64,000 bases of DNA from Sideroxydans sp. Lineage in GTDB: Bacteria; Pseudomonadota; Gammaproteobacteria; Burkholderiales; Gallionellaceae. Shown piece by piece: positions 21,923 to 34,490 of this stretch. The notes below the pieces were generated by a model. The model was given only the letters and a program-made list of their open reading frames with translations, had not been told where the DNA came from and searched no databases. A program made the translations under genes and the position numbers. Each line of letters starts with the position of its first letter. The stretch's first letter is position 1. The DNA is taken from contig JAQUAD010000003.1 in the NCBI GenBank assembly GCA_028687425.1, forward strand, positions 33,945-97,944, given 5' to 3'.

Positions 21923-23047
21923 TTATATTTCTTCTATCGCAAATATTCGTCGGTGCTCACGAATGGCATAACGATCCGTCATGCCAGCGATGTAATCCGC
22001 CACAGTACGTGCTTGGCCCTCGCCTGCCTGAGATGATAATTGTGGCGGTAACAGACGTGGATCGTCCATGAAGGCAAAAAAGAGATCGCCAATGATACGA
22101 CGTGCCTTGGCAGTCATACGCATGACTCGGTAATGGCGATACAGATGGGCGCGCAAGAAGCTCTTGAGTTCGCGATTAAGTTCCTGCATTTCGGCAGTAA
22201 ATGCGACAAGCGGCGGGGCTTCGCGCACGTGGTCTACCGTTTGCGGCGCATAACTGCGGATATTTTGTTCAGTCTGAGCGATCAGGTCATTTACCAAGGT
22301 ATTGATCATCCTGCGCACAGTCTCATGTACCAGTCGACGCTCAGCCAGATTCGGATAGGCTTCCCGCACCTCCTCCAGGTGCTTTGAAAATATCCCGACT
22401 GAGGCCAGTTGCTCCAGTGTTAGCAAGCCAGAGCGAAGCCCATCGTCGACATCGTGGTTGTTATACGCGATTTCATCGGCAAGATTCGCAATCTGGGCTT
22501 CCAATGTAGGGCGTCTGTTCCTAAAAAATCGCTCACCCACCTCACCCAGTTGGGCAGCATGCTCCCTAGAGCAGTGTTTGAGGATGCCTTCGCGCGTTTC
22601 AAAACACAGATTCAGCCCATCGAATGCTGCATACCGCTCTTCCAATGTATCAACCACTCGCAAGGACTGCAGGTTATGCTCAAAGCCACCGTGCTCTTTC
22701 ATGCATTCATTTAGCGCATCCTGACCCGCATGTCCAAATGGCGTATGCCCTAGATCGTGAGCAAGAGAAATTGCCTCCACCAAATCTTCGTTCGCTCGTA
22801 TTCGCCGAGCAATCGAACGACCGATTTGGGCAACCTCGATGCTGTGTGTCAGACGCGTCCTGAACAGGTCACCCTCGTGATTCACAAATACTTGTGTCTT
22901 GTATTCCAGACGGCGAAATGCTGCAGAATGAATAATGCGATCTCGATCTCGCTGAAACTCGCTTCGACCGTTTGGCGAAGGCTCCTTTACCTTCCGACCG
23001 ATTGTGCTTGTGCTGACGGCATACTCTGCCAATCCTTGCTCAGGCAC
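21923..23047 (-). CDS. dgt: deoxyguanosinetriphosphate triphosphohydrolase-like HD-domain protein
   Basis: HD-domain signatures are present: [15 protein letters not shown] and [13 protein letters not shown]. The C-terminal [11 protein letters not shown] is typical of the dGTPase family. Confidence 0.85.
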   Translation of the reverse strand: MPEQGLAEYAVSTSTIGRKVKEPSPNGRSEFQRDRDRIIHSAAFRRLEYKTQVFVNHEGDLFRTRLTHSIEVAQIGRSIARRIRANEDLVEAISLAHDLGHTPFGHAGQDALNECMKEHGGFEHNLQSLRVVDTLEERYAAFDGLNLCFETREGILKHCSREHAAQLGEVGERFFRNRRPTLEAQIANLADEIAYNNHDVDDGLRSGLLTLEQLASVGIFSKHLEEVREAYPNLAERRLVHETVRRMINTLVNDLIAQTEQNIRSYAPQTVDHVREAPPLVAFTAEMQELNRELKSFLRAHLYRHYRVMRMTAKARRIIGDLFFAFMDDPRLLPPQLSSQAGEGQARTVADYIAGMTDRYAIREHRRIFAIEEI

Positions 23048-24122
23048 TGCACGCCTCCAAAGTCTGCATCACCATTTCTTGCGGAACGTTGCCTTCCATC
23101 ACTGCATGGCCGATTGACCGCAATAGTACAAAGCGAATCTTCCCCCCCTCCACTTTTTTGTCCAGCCCCATCAGCTGCAAATATTTGTCTGCGCCTAGTT
23201 TGGGGGAGGTGACTGGCAGGCCGGCTCGTGTGAACAGGTTGCGCACCCGAAGCACGTCTCGGTCAGTTAACCAACCCATCCGCTGCGAAAGATCTGCGGC
23301 CAGGATCGTGCCTGCTGCAACGGCCTCACCATGAAGCCAAGTACCGTAGCCCATTCCATTCTCGATCGCATGGCCGAATGTATGCCCGAGATTCAGCAGT
23401 GCACGCTCGCCGCTTTCACGCTCATCCATGCCGACCACTTCCGCCTTGTTCTGGCAGCTTCGGGAGATGGCGTACTGCAACGCACTCTTGTCTCTTGTTA
23501 GTATTTTCTCTATGTTGCCTTCAAGCCACTCAAAGAACGCCAGATCGCGGATCAGTCCGTACTTTATAACTTCTGCCAAACCTGCCTTCAGCTCCTTGTC
23601 AGGCAGTGTATCCAGCGTATTAGTGTCTGCTAGCACCAGCACCGGCTGATAGAAAGCTCCAATCATATTCTTTCCCAAAGGATGGTTGATGCCTGTTTTA
23701 CCTCCCACTGAGGAGTCGACTTGTGACAACAGCGTCGTCGGGATTTGAATGAATGGCACGCCGCGTAGATAGGTAGCAGCGGCAAAGCCGACCATATCCC
23801 CGATTACTCCACCACCCAGCGCGATTAGTGGAGTGCCGCGTTCGCTTCGTGCTGCCAGCAAAGCGTCGTAGATTGCATTGATCGATTCTGCATTTTTATA
23901 TTGTTCACCATCCGGCAATACTATGCTTTCGCAATGCACGCCTTGTTGCTCCAATACTGCGCGCACTCTTTCAAGGTATATGGGCGCAACAATTGAATTA
24001 CTAATAATGACCGCTCGCTTACCTGGAAGCTTGGGTAGCAGCAGCTCAATTCTGTCTAGCAGACCGCTGTCTATGTATATGGGATAGCTTCGTTCAGCTA
24101 GGCCGACCATTAGTGTTTCCAT
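23040..24122 (-). CDS. aroB: 3-dehydroquinate synthase
   Basis: It has the NAD-binding [19 protein letters not shown], metal-binding His residues ([19 protein letters not shown]), and sits in the conserved aroK-aroB pair. Confidence 0.95.
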   Translation of the reverse strand: METLMVGLAERSYPIYIDSGLLDRIELLLPKLPGKRAVIISNSIVAPIYLERVRAVLEQQGVHCESIVLPDGEQYKNAESINAIYDALLAARSERGTPLIALGGGVIGDMVGFAAATYLRGVPFIQIPTTLLSQVDSSVGGKTGINHPLGKNMIGAFYQPVLVLADTNTLDTLPDKELKAGLAEVIKYGLIRDLAFFEWLEGNIEKILTRDKSALQYAISRSCQNKAEVVGMDERESGERALLNLGHTFGHAIENGMGYGTWLHGEAVAAGTILAADLSQRMGWLTDRDVLRVRNLFTRAGLPVTSPKLGADKYLQLMGLDKKVEGGKIRFVLLRSIGHAVMEGNVPQEMVMQTLEACSA

Positions 24123-24124
24123 AT

Positions 24125-24697
24125 TTAACTCTTCTCCTGCTGTATTCCATATTTGGCTAGGTAGACGACCAGCTGATCCTGCAGTTTGGCAAGCAGGACT
24201 TGTACGTTTTGCTTTCCGGTTGGTATCACAATATCCGCCATAGCACTGTATATCGGGTCGCGTTCTTCGTATAGCCTTTGTATGCTTGCACGTGGATTTG
24301 CTGTTTGGAGCAACGGCCGACTCTGGTCATGGCGGGTTCTTTGCCAAAGGTCATGCACATTGCTTTTTAGATAGATAACCACACCGTTCTGCTTTAACAG
24401 TTCTCGGCTTATGGGGTGCAACGGAGCACCGCCCCCTGTCGCCAGCACAATATTCTGCCGCATCACCAGTTCTTCAATAACTGCACTTTCTCGCTGCCGA
24501 AATCCCACCTCTCCTTCCACATCAAAAATATGTGGAATTGTTACCCCAGTGCGGCGCTGTATCTCGTCATCACTATCCACAAATGTTTTTTGCAGTTGCT
24601 TCGCCAGCAGCTTTCCGACCGTAGTCTTGCCCGACCCCATCATGCCGATCAGAATGATATTGTTGGATTTTTGCTGGAATAGATCGGTAGCTGCCAT
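24125..24697 (-). CDS. aroK: shikimate kinase
   Basis: It has Walker [13 protein letters not shown], is about 190 aa, and lies directly upstream of aroB. Confidence 0.92.
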   Translation of the reverse strand: MAATDLFQQKSNNIILIGMMGSGKTTVGKLLAKQLQKTFVDSDDEIQRRTGVTIPHIFDVEGEVGFRQRESAVIEELVMRQNIVLATGGGAPLHPISRELLKQNGVVIYLKSNVHDLWQRTRHDQSRPLLQTANPRASIQRLYEERDPIYSAMADIVIPTGKQNVQVLLAKLQDQLVVYLAKYGIQQEKS

Positions 24698-24737
24698 AGT
24701 CCGAATTGTAGCCGATTCACTCAGCTAACCGCCAATA

Positions 24738-24761
24738 CAAAGCCCGGCGTGCCGGGCTTTG
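24738..24761 (-). terminator. hairpin between pilQ and aroK (terminator/attenuator)
   Basis: The stem is caaagcccggc / gccgggctttg. On the minus strand it is followed by tattgg. Confidence 0.5.
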
Positions 24762-24787
24762 TAGTACTACTGAAAACACTTTATAAA

Positions 24788-26830
24788 TCAATTCGATCCG
24801 AGTGTTTCCTTGAGGATTTTGGGCGTGATAAATACAAGCAACTCTTTTTTGGATTTGACCTTGGTGTTGGTCTTGAATAACCAGCCCAATACAGGAATGT
24901 CGGCCACGCCCGGCACCGCATCAGTTGAATCTGAGGCATCCTGGGTGTAAACACCGCCAATCACCACTGTTCCGCCGTTCTCTACTAGCACCTGAGTATC
25001 GACTCTTTTGGTATTAATGCTTGGAACACCCGAGTAAATGTTGCCAACGGTATCCTGGCTCACGCTGATCTTCATGGTCACGCTGTCTTCAGGTGTGATT
25101 TGCGGCGTTACTGTCAGGCCAAGCACGGCTTTTTTGAATGCCACATTAGTTGCGCCGCTGCTGCTGGCTTGCAAGTAGGGCACTTCTACTCCGGATTCAA
25201 TTGTTGCCGGAGTCTTGTCACCAGTGACTACTCGAGGACTCGCAATATTTTTTGTAGTTCCATCGACTGCTGATGCATTCAATTCCAAAGTCAGAGTTTC
25301 TGTCGCTGCCGCGTTGAATAGCGACATGGTTAATCCGCCTATTCCAGCGCTGGCACCTGGCAAATTGAGGCTGCCACCAGATACATTCATCCTTCCAGTT
25401 CCGCCCACGGCAACTGTAGGTCCTGTGTAACCTAGGCGGCCACCTAAGGTATGGTTGAACGTTTCACCTGCTTCGACGAATCTCGCCTCGATCAGCACTT
25501 GACGAACGGGGACATCAACCAGCTTTACCAGTTTTCGCACTTCCTCCAGGCTTGACGAGGTGTCTTTCACAAACACCATGTTTGTCCTCAAATCGAAGTT
25601 TGCACTGCCGCGATTTGAAAGTATTTTCTGCTTGTCACTTGAAATTAAATTCACAATATCCGCAGCTTTTGCATAAGAAAGTTGGAAATTCTCCGTCCGA
25701 AGAGGCTCTAGTTCTGTGATTTCCTGCCGCGCAGAGAATTCGATTTTCTCTTTGGCCGCAATTTCCTCTCGTGGGGCAACTTGAATCACATTGCCATTCT
25801 TGCGCATATCAAGACCGCGGCTTTGCAGAATTATTTCGAAAGCCTGATCCCAGGGTACGTCTTTCAGGCGCAGTGTCAAACTCCCTGAGACAGTGTCGCT
25901 GATTACCATGTTCAATCCAGTAAAGTCTGCTATGACGCTTAGGGCTTCACGTGTAGATATATTCTGAAAGTTTAGTGTAAGCTTCTCTCCTGAAAACCCT
26001 GGCATGTTCCCCTTAACTAATTTGTTAGGATCTTCAGCAACCGCCTTAACTTCCACAATGAATTTGTTATCTGTCTGATATGCCGAATATTCCCACAGCC
26101 CTTTTGGCTCAATAGAGAGGCGTGCATTGCTTCCTTGCGCAAATGCATCAATCATCTGGACGGGTGTTGCAAAGTCAGACACATCCAGCTTCCGCTGCAA
26201 ATTGCGCGGCAACACCGCACGCTGAAAATCAACTATCAAAGCTCTGCCTTGTTGCTTGATATCTATTCCGATGTCGGCATCGGAAAGATCAATTTGAATT
26301 CTTCCTTCCCCGTTACTTCCCCTGTGGAAGTCAATATCTCTCAAGCTATGCATCTGCGCACTAGCAGACGCATCTGCAAAATGCGCCGCAGCAACTGGAG
26401 CCACAGTTCCGCCCTCACCCTTTGGTTGCAACGTGATCAATACATCATTTCCCTCTACCAGCGTATCGTAACCAGCCATTTGGGCTAGGTTAATGACCAA
26501 GCGAGTCCGACTCCCCGCTTGGACAATGTTTGCGCTGCGCACAACTCCTTCTCCGAAGGTTTGCATAGAGGCGCCCAGACCATTCTCTGTATTTGGAAAG
26601 TCGAAGGCGATTCTCGGCGGCGTGTTAATAGTAAATGCAGCAGGCTGTGCTTGAGGTGTAGATTTCATGCTCACCCTAATTACGAGCTTGCCATTATCAT
26701 TGCTTGCACTGAGCGACTCGATACTGTTGAGTTCTGGCCCTTCCTGTGCCATTAGACCGAACGCGCACAGCATTAATGGGATGGCCAGCAATCGGGACAA
26801 TTTGTGTGAAGACACGTTATGCAATTTCAT
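24788..26830 (-). CDS. pilQ: type IV pilus secretin PilQ
   Basis: It has a signal peptide, two AMIN-like N-terminal repeats (LVIRVSM...FDFPNT and RIQIDLSD...), a secretin C-terminal domain with the VPVLGWLFK motif, and sits in the pilMNOPQ order. Confidence 0.95.
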   Translation of the reverse strand: MKLHNVSSHKLSRLLAIPLMLCAFGLMAQEGPELNSIESLSASNDNGKLVIRVSMKSTPQAQPAAFTINTPPRIAFDFPNTENGLGASMQTFGEGVVRSANIVQAGSRTRLVINLAQMAGYDTLVEGNDVLITLQPKGEGGTVAPVAAAHFADASASAQMHSLRDIDFHRGSNGEGRIQIDLSDADIGIDIKQQGRALIVDFQRAVLPRNLQRKLDVSDFATPVQMIDAFAQGSNARLSIEPKGLWEYSAYQTDNKFIVEVKAVAEDPNKLVKGNMPGFSGEKLTLNFQNISTREALSVIADFTGLNMVISDTVSGSLTLRLKDVPWDQAFEIILQSRGLDMRKNGNVIQVAPREEIAAKEKIEFSARQEITELEPLRTENFQLSYAKAADIVNLISSDKQKILSNRGSANFDLRTNMVFVKDTSSSLEEVRKLVKLVDVPVRQVLIEARFVEAGETFNHTLGGRLGYTGPTVAVGGTGRMNVSGGSLNLPGASAGIGGLTMSLFNAAATETLTLELNASAVDGTTKNIASPRVVTGDKTPATIESGVEVPYLQASSSGATNVAFKKAVLGLTVTPQITPEDSVTMKISVSQDTVGNIYSGVPSINTKRVDTQVLVENGGTVVIGGVYTQDASDSTDAVPGVADIPVLGWLFKTNTKVKSKKELLVFITPKILKETLGSN

Positions 26831-26843
26831 TTTTCACTCCTAA

Positions 26844-27356
26844 TCATTCGATCAATTGCAGGCTGCTTTCGCGCTCTGTCCAGTCACCGGCACTATCCTG
26901 CACCATTTCCTTGACTGTAAGCTCGGTCTCTGAGATTGATGTGATCTGCCCAAAGTTAAGACCTATGTAATTTCCAACCTTGACCTGATGTATTTTTCCT
27001 TCCGATGATCGGAGCACGGCATGTGCCACTCCTTTTTGGTACAGATATCCCACCATCTTCAGGCTTTCAAGCGGAAAATCTTCCAACTCTTCTTTAGGTC
27101 GATCAAAGTCTGGTTGATTTGTACCTCCACGACCGGAGCCCCCGGATTTCATTTTGCGGGGCTTAAAAGGATCTGGAAGCGACGTTGAATTGTCATACGC
27201 GAATGGCTCGTACGGCTTAATATCAGGCGGTGGTTCAACTTTTCCGCGCATATCAGCCCCTGCGTTGCTCACAAAATCTCGTAGATCCTGAAACTCTTCG
27301 CCGCCACACCCTGCGAGCAGCACTCCTATCAGCACGGTAAGTATTCGCGCGATCAT
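26844..27356 (-). CDS. pilP: type IV pilus assembly lipoprotein PilP
   Basis: It has a lipobox (VLLAGCGG), is 170 aa, and lies between pilO and pilQ. Confidence 0.8.
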   Translation of the reverse strand: MIARILTVLIGVLLAGCGGEEFQDLRDFVSNAGADMRGKVEPPPDIKPYEPFAYDNSTSLPDPFKPRKMKSGGSGRGGTNQPDFDRPKEELEDFPLESLKMVGYLYQKGVAHAVLRSSEGKIHQVKVGNYIGLNFGQITSISETELTVKEMVQDSAGDWTERESSLQLIE

Positions 27357-27997
27357 TTTTTCTTCCTCTTTGCTGCCTGAGCCGCACGCTTCTGAGCTGC
27401 CAGCTCAGATTCATCCAAGTATCGATAGGTCTTTGCCGTGGACTCCATGGTTAGCATTCCGCCTGCAATGGGAGTGATCTTGATATCGTTTAATGTAACA
27501 ATCCGCGGCAATTGAGAAATATCGCTTGCAAAATTTCCTAGATCGTCATAACTACCTGACACCTTCAGCGCTATTGGCTGTTCTGTAAACACTCCGGTCG
27601 CAACTTCACCTCCCGGACGAAACAACTCAAACTGCAATCCGCGCCCCAAACCGGCCTGGTTTATATCAGTAAGCAATGCATCCATCTCGGACTTACTTGG
27701 CAACTGCTTCAGCAAAGCACCAAATGATTGCTGCGTATCTATCAGTTGCTTCTTGATAATGTCCAGATTAATCGCCTCGCGTTTTTTTATGAGAAACGCC
27801 TCTTTGAGTCGCTCTTCTTCGTTCTTAATCTGTTTTAAATTCTCGTACTGATCCTGCCAGTCCAAGAAGCCTCCCACTGCCACCACCACCAAAAACATGG
27901 AGAGGAATGACGCTAGCTTGACCAACCAAGGCCAATTCCCTGGCTTCTGGGGATCAATATTCTTTAGCTCTTCCAAAAAGTTCATGGCCATTTTCAT
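27353..27997 (-). CDS. pilO: type IV pilus assembly protein PilO
   Basis: It has a single N-terminal TM, a coiled-coil region, fitting size and position, and 4-nt overlaps with its neighbours. Confidence 0.85.
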   Translation of the reverse strand: MKMAMNFLEELKNIDPQKPGNWPWLVKLASFLSMFLVVVAVGGFLDWQDQYENLKQIKNEEERLKEAFLIKKREAINLDIIKKQLIDTQQSFGALLKQLPSKSEMDALLTDINQAGLGRGLQFELFRPGGEVATGVFTEQPIALKVSGSYDDLGNFASDISQLPRIVTLNDIKITPIAGGMLTMESTAKTYRYLDESELAAQKRAAQAAKRKKK

Positions 27998-28581
27998 TTC
28001 CTTGTGCCTGAGCCAGAATTGGCCGTACTCGTAGAATCAGCCTGCTTTGTCAGATTGAAATTCAAGGAGAATTCGTTTAGGCGCGACCCGCCGACATTAG
28101 CAGCATGGATTTCCACCAAGGCTGGTGAATTCAGCCATGGAGAATCTTCTATGGCGCGCATCAGGGTAGATACTCGCGCATTAGATTGCGCATATCCCAC
28201 AAGGCTAATTTTCTGCCCAGATTGCTGAAGAGATTGCAGGTGAACCCCTTCGGGCAGTATCCGCAGCATCTGGTCCAATAAGTGCACCACATCTGATCGA
28301 GTAGACTGTAAATTTTCAACCACATTCTTTCTAGCCAACAGTGACTGCGTCTGCTCTCGAAGTTTTTTTATCTCTGCAATCTGCCTATCTAGCACAGCAG
28401 TTTCCTGCTTTAAGTAACCGTTCCGTCTTTCCTGATAGGAAATCTGGGTTCCGATTGCAACATGCACCAGACCCACCAGAAATGCGCCAAGCGCAATAGA
28501 TATCACGCTGAGTACAATAAATTGCAGTTGCTTGGCACGGCGCTTTTCAGCGCGGTGCGGTAATAGATTGATTCTTATCAT
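27994..28581 (-). CDS. pilN: type IV pilus assembly protein PilN
   Basis: The N-terminus is the canonical MIRINLLPHR, followed by a single TM. Position fits. Confidence 0.87.
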   Translation of the reverse strand: MIRINLLPHRAEKRRAKQLQFIVLSVISIALGAFLVGLVHVAIGTQISYQERRNGYLKQETAVLDRQIAEIKKLREQTQSLLARKNVVENLQSTRSDVVHLLDQMLRILPEGVHLQSLQQSGQKISLVGYAQSNARVSTLMRAIEDSPWLNSPALVEIHAANVGGSRLNEFSLNFNLTKQADSTSTANSGSGTRK

Positions 28582-29678
28582 GATGGATCAAACCTCCGCA
28601 TCGCCAAGCCACAGGCGATCATCAAGGCTGGTGCGTCAGTCTGAAGCTGGCGCGGCTTGATTCTTGATGAAAGTGTCATGAGTTCAAATGGATTGGCCAC
28701 CAAGGTGCTTACCTGTGTTCGCGTAGCCACGGCCTCATCCAGCCCCATCAGTGCAGCACAACCGCCCGACAGCACGACATAGCTCACTTCATTGTACTGA
28801 GTAGAGGTAAAGAAGAATTGCAGCGCTCGTGCCACTTCCATCGCCACGTTTTCACGAAAAGGAGCCAGTACGTCGCTTTCATAATTTTCTGGCAAGCCGC
28901 CGTTTCTTTTGGCAGCCTCAGCTTCCTCTGCGGTCAGTCCAAATGCCGCCTGGATCTGCTGAGTCAACTGATTACCTCCGACCTGCTGATCGCGTGTATA
29001 TACAGACTGCCCGTTTCGCAGCACATTTACATTCATTACGCTTGCGCCAATATCAACAACTGCAACGCATTGGTCTTCAGCGCCTCCAGGCAACTGAGAA
29101 CTGATCTGATCGAAAGCTGCCTCAGCAGCATACGGCTCTACATCCATCACTACGGCCTTAAGTCCTGCTGTCTGCGCAGCAGCCACCCTATCTTCGACAT
29201 TCGCCTTGCGTGATGCTGCTAGCAGAACTTCGATTTCTTCCGGATTGCTCGCTGAGGGGCCGATTACTTGAAAATCAAGGTTCACCTCATCCAGCGCAAA
29301 GGGAATATATTGGTTCGCCTCGGATTCGACCTGATATTCAAGGTCGTCTTCGCGCAATCCCGCTGGCAGCATGATTTTTTTGCTGATGACTGCCGCGGCC
29401 GGTAGTGCCAAGCTCACATTTCTGATGCGCGTCCCCATACGCTTCCATGCGCGTTGTAACGCTTCAGAAACTGCATCCAGATTATTGATGTTGCCGTCGC
29501 TTACCGCATCGGATGGCAGAGGTTCAATCGCGTAGCGCTCCACTACGAACCCGCTCTTTTTGGGGGCCTTGCTCAATTCAAGCATCTTGACTGAAGACGA
29601 ACTGATATCCACGCCAATCATGGGCGGCGTGGAGGTTTGCAGAAAATCTAACGGGATGTCAAAATTTCCTTTAATCAT
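28578..29678 (-). CDS. pilM: type IV pilus assembly ATPase-fold protein PilM
   Basis: It has an actin/FtsA-like fold layout (IGVDISSSSVKMLEL...VVDIGAS...VLSGG) and is the first gene of the pilMNOPQ operon. Confidence 0.92.
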   Translation of the reverse strand: MIKGNFDIPLDFLQTSTPPMIGVDISSSSVKMLELSKAPKKSGFVVERYAIEPLPSDAVSDGNINNLDAVSEALQRAWKRMGTRIRNVSLALPAAAVISKKIMLPAGLREDDLEYQVESEANQYIPFALDEVNLDFQVIGPSASNPEEIEVLLAASRKANVEDRVAAAQTAGLKAVVMDVEPYAAEAAFDQISSQLPGGAEDQCVAVVDIGASVMNVNVLRNGQSVYTRDQQVGGNQLTQQIQAAFGLTAEEAEAAKRNGGLPENYESDVLAPFRENVAMEVARALQFFFTSTQYNEVSYVVLSGGCAALMGLDEAVATRTQVSTLVANPFELMTLSSRIKPRQLQTDAPALMIACGLAMRRFDPS

Positions 29679-29819
29679 AGGATAGTTAGCGCACTTCCGT
29701 ATAAACTGGTTTAAATCCTAGCAATAACTCCCAAGGGTGTAAAGTTTTTTCTATGTTCGTCCTTTTCATTATCAGGACGATATAATGAAAACCTAAACTT
29801 TAATCAAAAATAGATAGTT

Positions 29820-32131
29820 ATGACTTCACGCTGGTGGTTCTATCCTGCGGTCGGTATTTTGATGCTTCCGCTTCTGCCGTTCCTGCTTCTCATTTTTGCA
29901 GCGATTCTGACTTATCCAACGCTACCATCCCTTGATGCGCTTACAGACTATCGGCCCAAATTGCCTTTGCGCATCTATAGTTCCGAAAACATCCTGATCG
30001 GTGAATTCGGTGAAGAGCGACGCGAACTAGTAAAGATAGAAGAAGTGCCTGAGCGGATGAAGCTCGCCATCCTCGCAGCAGAAGATGATCGATTCTATGA
30101 ACACGGGGGTGTCGATTATGTTGGCGTCTTGCGTGCCGCATATTCAAATTTTGCATCTGGAGGTGTCAAGCAGGGTGCTAGTACCATCACCATGCAAGTT
30201 GCTCGCAACTTTTTCCTCTCCAAGGAGAAAACGCTCAGCCGCAAATTCAACGAGATGCTGCTCGCCTTTAAAATTGAGCACAACCTCACCAAAGACGAGA
30301 TCTTAGAGCTCTATATCAATCATATTTATCTTGGGCAACGTGCCTATGGTTTCGGTGCTGCTGCACAGGCCTACTACTCAAAACCTCTCAGCCAATTGAC
30401 TACCGCGGAAATGGCTATGCTGGCCGGTCTGCCCAAAGCACCTGGCGCTTACAATCCGGTCGTCAATCCATCGAGAGCCAAAGTCAGGCAGGAATACGTC
30501 CTTCGTCGTATGCGTGACCTTGGTTACATCAACCAGGATGAATTTGCTCTCGCACTTACTGAGCCAGTTCAGACCAAGCAATCTGCTTATCATCAAGAAT
30601 TTTCTGTCAATGCCAGTTTCGTTTCCGAACTGGTACGGCAGGAAATGTATGACCGCTTCCAGGAAGACGCTTACACCCAAGGCTACAACGTATACACCAC
30701 AATTCGGGTCAAGGACCAAGGTGTCGCTTACGCGTCTCTGCGAAAAGGCGTCATGGATTACGACCACCGTCATGAATATCGTGGTCCGGAGGGCTTTGTA
30801 GATCTTCAGAAGAACAATACTGAGGCTCTAGTCGACAAAGCTTTGCAGGATGTCTCAAACAGCGATGAGCTCATTCCTGCGGTCGTCTTATCTGTTTCAC
30901 GCAAGGGAATTTCCGTCCGCACCAAAGATGGGCAAACGCTTGAAATTTCCAAAGAGGGAATGCGCTTTGCTCAGCAGCTGGTCGAAGATCACTTGGTTCT
31001 GCATCCGCGCATCAAGAAGGGCGCGCTGATACGCATTGTTAAAACGCCTTCTGAAACTTGGGAAGTAACCCAGCTTCCAGAGGCTGAGGCAGCATTCGTT
31101 TCTGCAGACCCGCGCACTGGCGCCATTTATGCTTTAGTTGGCGGTTTTGACTTTAACCATAAGCAATTCAACCATGTTACGCAGGCATGGCGCCAACCAG
31201 GCTCCAGCTTCAAGCCCTTCATCTATTCTGCCGCGCTTGAAAAGGGCTTCACCCCAGCTTCCATAGTCAATGATGCTCCCCTCGTTGTTAATTTGTCCGA
31301 CACCGGTGGCGAACTGTGGGAGCCCAAAAACTATGAAGGGCGGTTCGAAGGGCCAATGAGACTGCGTCAGGGGCTTATCAAATCAAAGAATCTGGTCTCC
31401 ATACGCGTGCTCCAGTCCATAGGGCTTGAATATGCGCAAGACTATGTCACCAAGTTCGGTTTTGATAGAGACAGGGTCGGCCCTTATCTGACCATGGCAT
31501 TGGGCGCTGTTTCCGCTACCCCATGGCAAATGCTGGGCGGCTATTCGGTTTTTGCCAATGGCGGGTATCGTGTCACCCCCTACTTGATTCAGCGCGTCGA
31601 GGATGGGCAAGGCAATCTCATCAGCCAGACTGTCCCGGTAGAAGCTGGAAAAGATGCAGAGCAGATTCTTGATATCCGTAATACCTTCACCATGGTCAAC
31701 ATGATGCAGGACGTCGTCAAACATGGTACTGCGATACGTGCCATGCAGCTTGGTCGCCAAGATCTTGCCGGCAAGACAGGGACTACCAGCGAGTCGATGG
31801 ATGCCTGGTTCTGCGGCTTCCACCCAACACTGGTTGCCGTCACTTGGTTGGGCTATGACACCCCGCACAGCCTTGGCGAAAAGGAAACGGGCGGCGGCGC
31901 TGCCCTGCCGATCTGGATGGATTACATGGGTGAGATGCTGAAGGAAACCCCGGAGATCGAGTACACAGTCCCGCCGCATATGGTGACGGCACGCATTAAT
32001 GATGAAGGTTTGCGCGACCCTGACGGCACGCATATCGAATATTTCTATGAGGAAAATGTACCTCCAGAGCAAAGCCCCAGCCTGCTGGAAATATTCAAAC
32101 CGACAGAATCTGGCTCTGATCAACTGTTCTA

Positions 32132-32132
<1 letters not shown>
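29820..32132 (+). CDS. mrcA: penicillin-binding protein 1A (bifunctional transglycosylase/transpeptidase)
   Basis: GT51 motifs are present (AAEDDRFYEHGGVD, GASTITMQVARN, SRKFNEM), as are the transpeptidase SxxK (GSSFKP), SxN (KSKN) and KTG (GKTGTT). It is divergent from pilM, as in many proteobacteria. Confidence 0.95.
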
Positions 32133-33763
<1,631 letters not shown>

Positions 33764-33851
33764 TCATAGCCCCGTCTGAGCTTGCGAGTAGCGAGAGCTG
33801 CTTCCCGTTTCTCCTCCCTGAGCGGGCGTCTTTACCCTGTAAAGACCTTCT

Positions 33852-33891
33852 GCCCCTGAATCTTTCCCCTTTGGTTCAGGGGCATTTTTTT
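33852..33891 (+). terminator. intrinsic-terminator-like hairpin with a plus-strand T-run, between hemB and engB
   Basis: The stem is gcccctgaa / ttcaggggc with a 14-nt loop, followed on the plus strand by attttttt. A second perfect hairpin, gtctttac-cct-gtaaagac, lies at 33828-33846. Confidence 0.6.
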
Positions 33892-33896
33892 GCCTG

Positions 33897-34490
33897 TCAG
33901 TCTCGCAGCCAACCCGCAATGACACCTTCCGCTTCGTCTGTACCTGTCTTTTTCAGGCTGGAAAACAGTTGCACCGAGCACTGCGGGAAATGCTCGGCCA
34001 GAAAATCTTTCACTTCGCGCAGGGTCTTGGTCGCCTGTTGCCGACTCAATTTATCCGACTTGGTCAGCAGGATGTGGATCGGCTTCCCTGTCGGCGCAAA
34101 CCAGTCCAGCATCCCCTGATCGCGCTCGGTCAGTGGATGTCTCGCATCCATGATCACGACCAGTCCGGCAAGCTCTTCGCGGGATTGCAAGTACTGACCC
34201 AGCAAGTGTTCCCAGTGCGCCTGAATATCCGGCGGTACCTTCGCATAGCCATAGCCCGGCAGATCGACCAGAAAACGATTGTCACCAAGATCGAAATAAT
34301 TGAGGTGCTGGGTGCGACCTGGTGTCTTACTGGTAAAAGCCAGACGAACATGGTTCGCCAGCGTGTTGATCGCGCTGGACTTGCCAGCATTGGAACGTCC
34401 GACGAACGCAACTTCCTTGCCGCCATGCAGCGGCAAGTCCTTCAGGTGATTGACGGTGGTATAGAACACCGCCCGGGAGAAAAGTCCCAT
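33897..34490 (-). CDS. engB: ribosome biogenesis GTP-binding protein EngB/YsxC/YihA
   Basis: It has G1 [10 protein letters not shown]3 DLPGYG and G4 TKSDK. A TAATG overlap joins it to the hemL stop. Confidence 0.9.
   Translation of the reverse strand: MGLFSRAVFYTTVNHLKDLPLHGGKEVAFVGRSNAGKSSAINTLANHVRLAFTSKTPGRTQHLNYFDLGDNRFLVDLPGYGYAKVPPDIQAHWEHLLGQYLQSREELAGLVVIMDARHPLTERDQGMLDWFAPTGKPIHILLTKSDKLSRQQATKTLREVKDFLAEHFPQCSVQLFSSLKKTGTDEAEGVIAGWLRD

Noticed and set aside
21923-23047. dGTPase-like HD protein as a possible anti-phage dNTP-depletion defence gene.
   Set aside because: It sits in the conserved aroK-aroB-dgt housekeeping arrangement with an overlapping start and stop, and no neighbouring defence or mobile genes. 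A housekeeping Dgt is the simpler reading.
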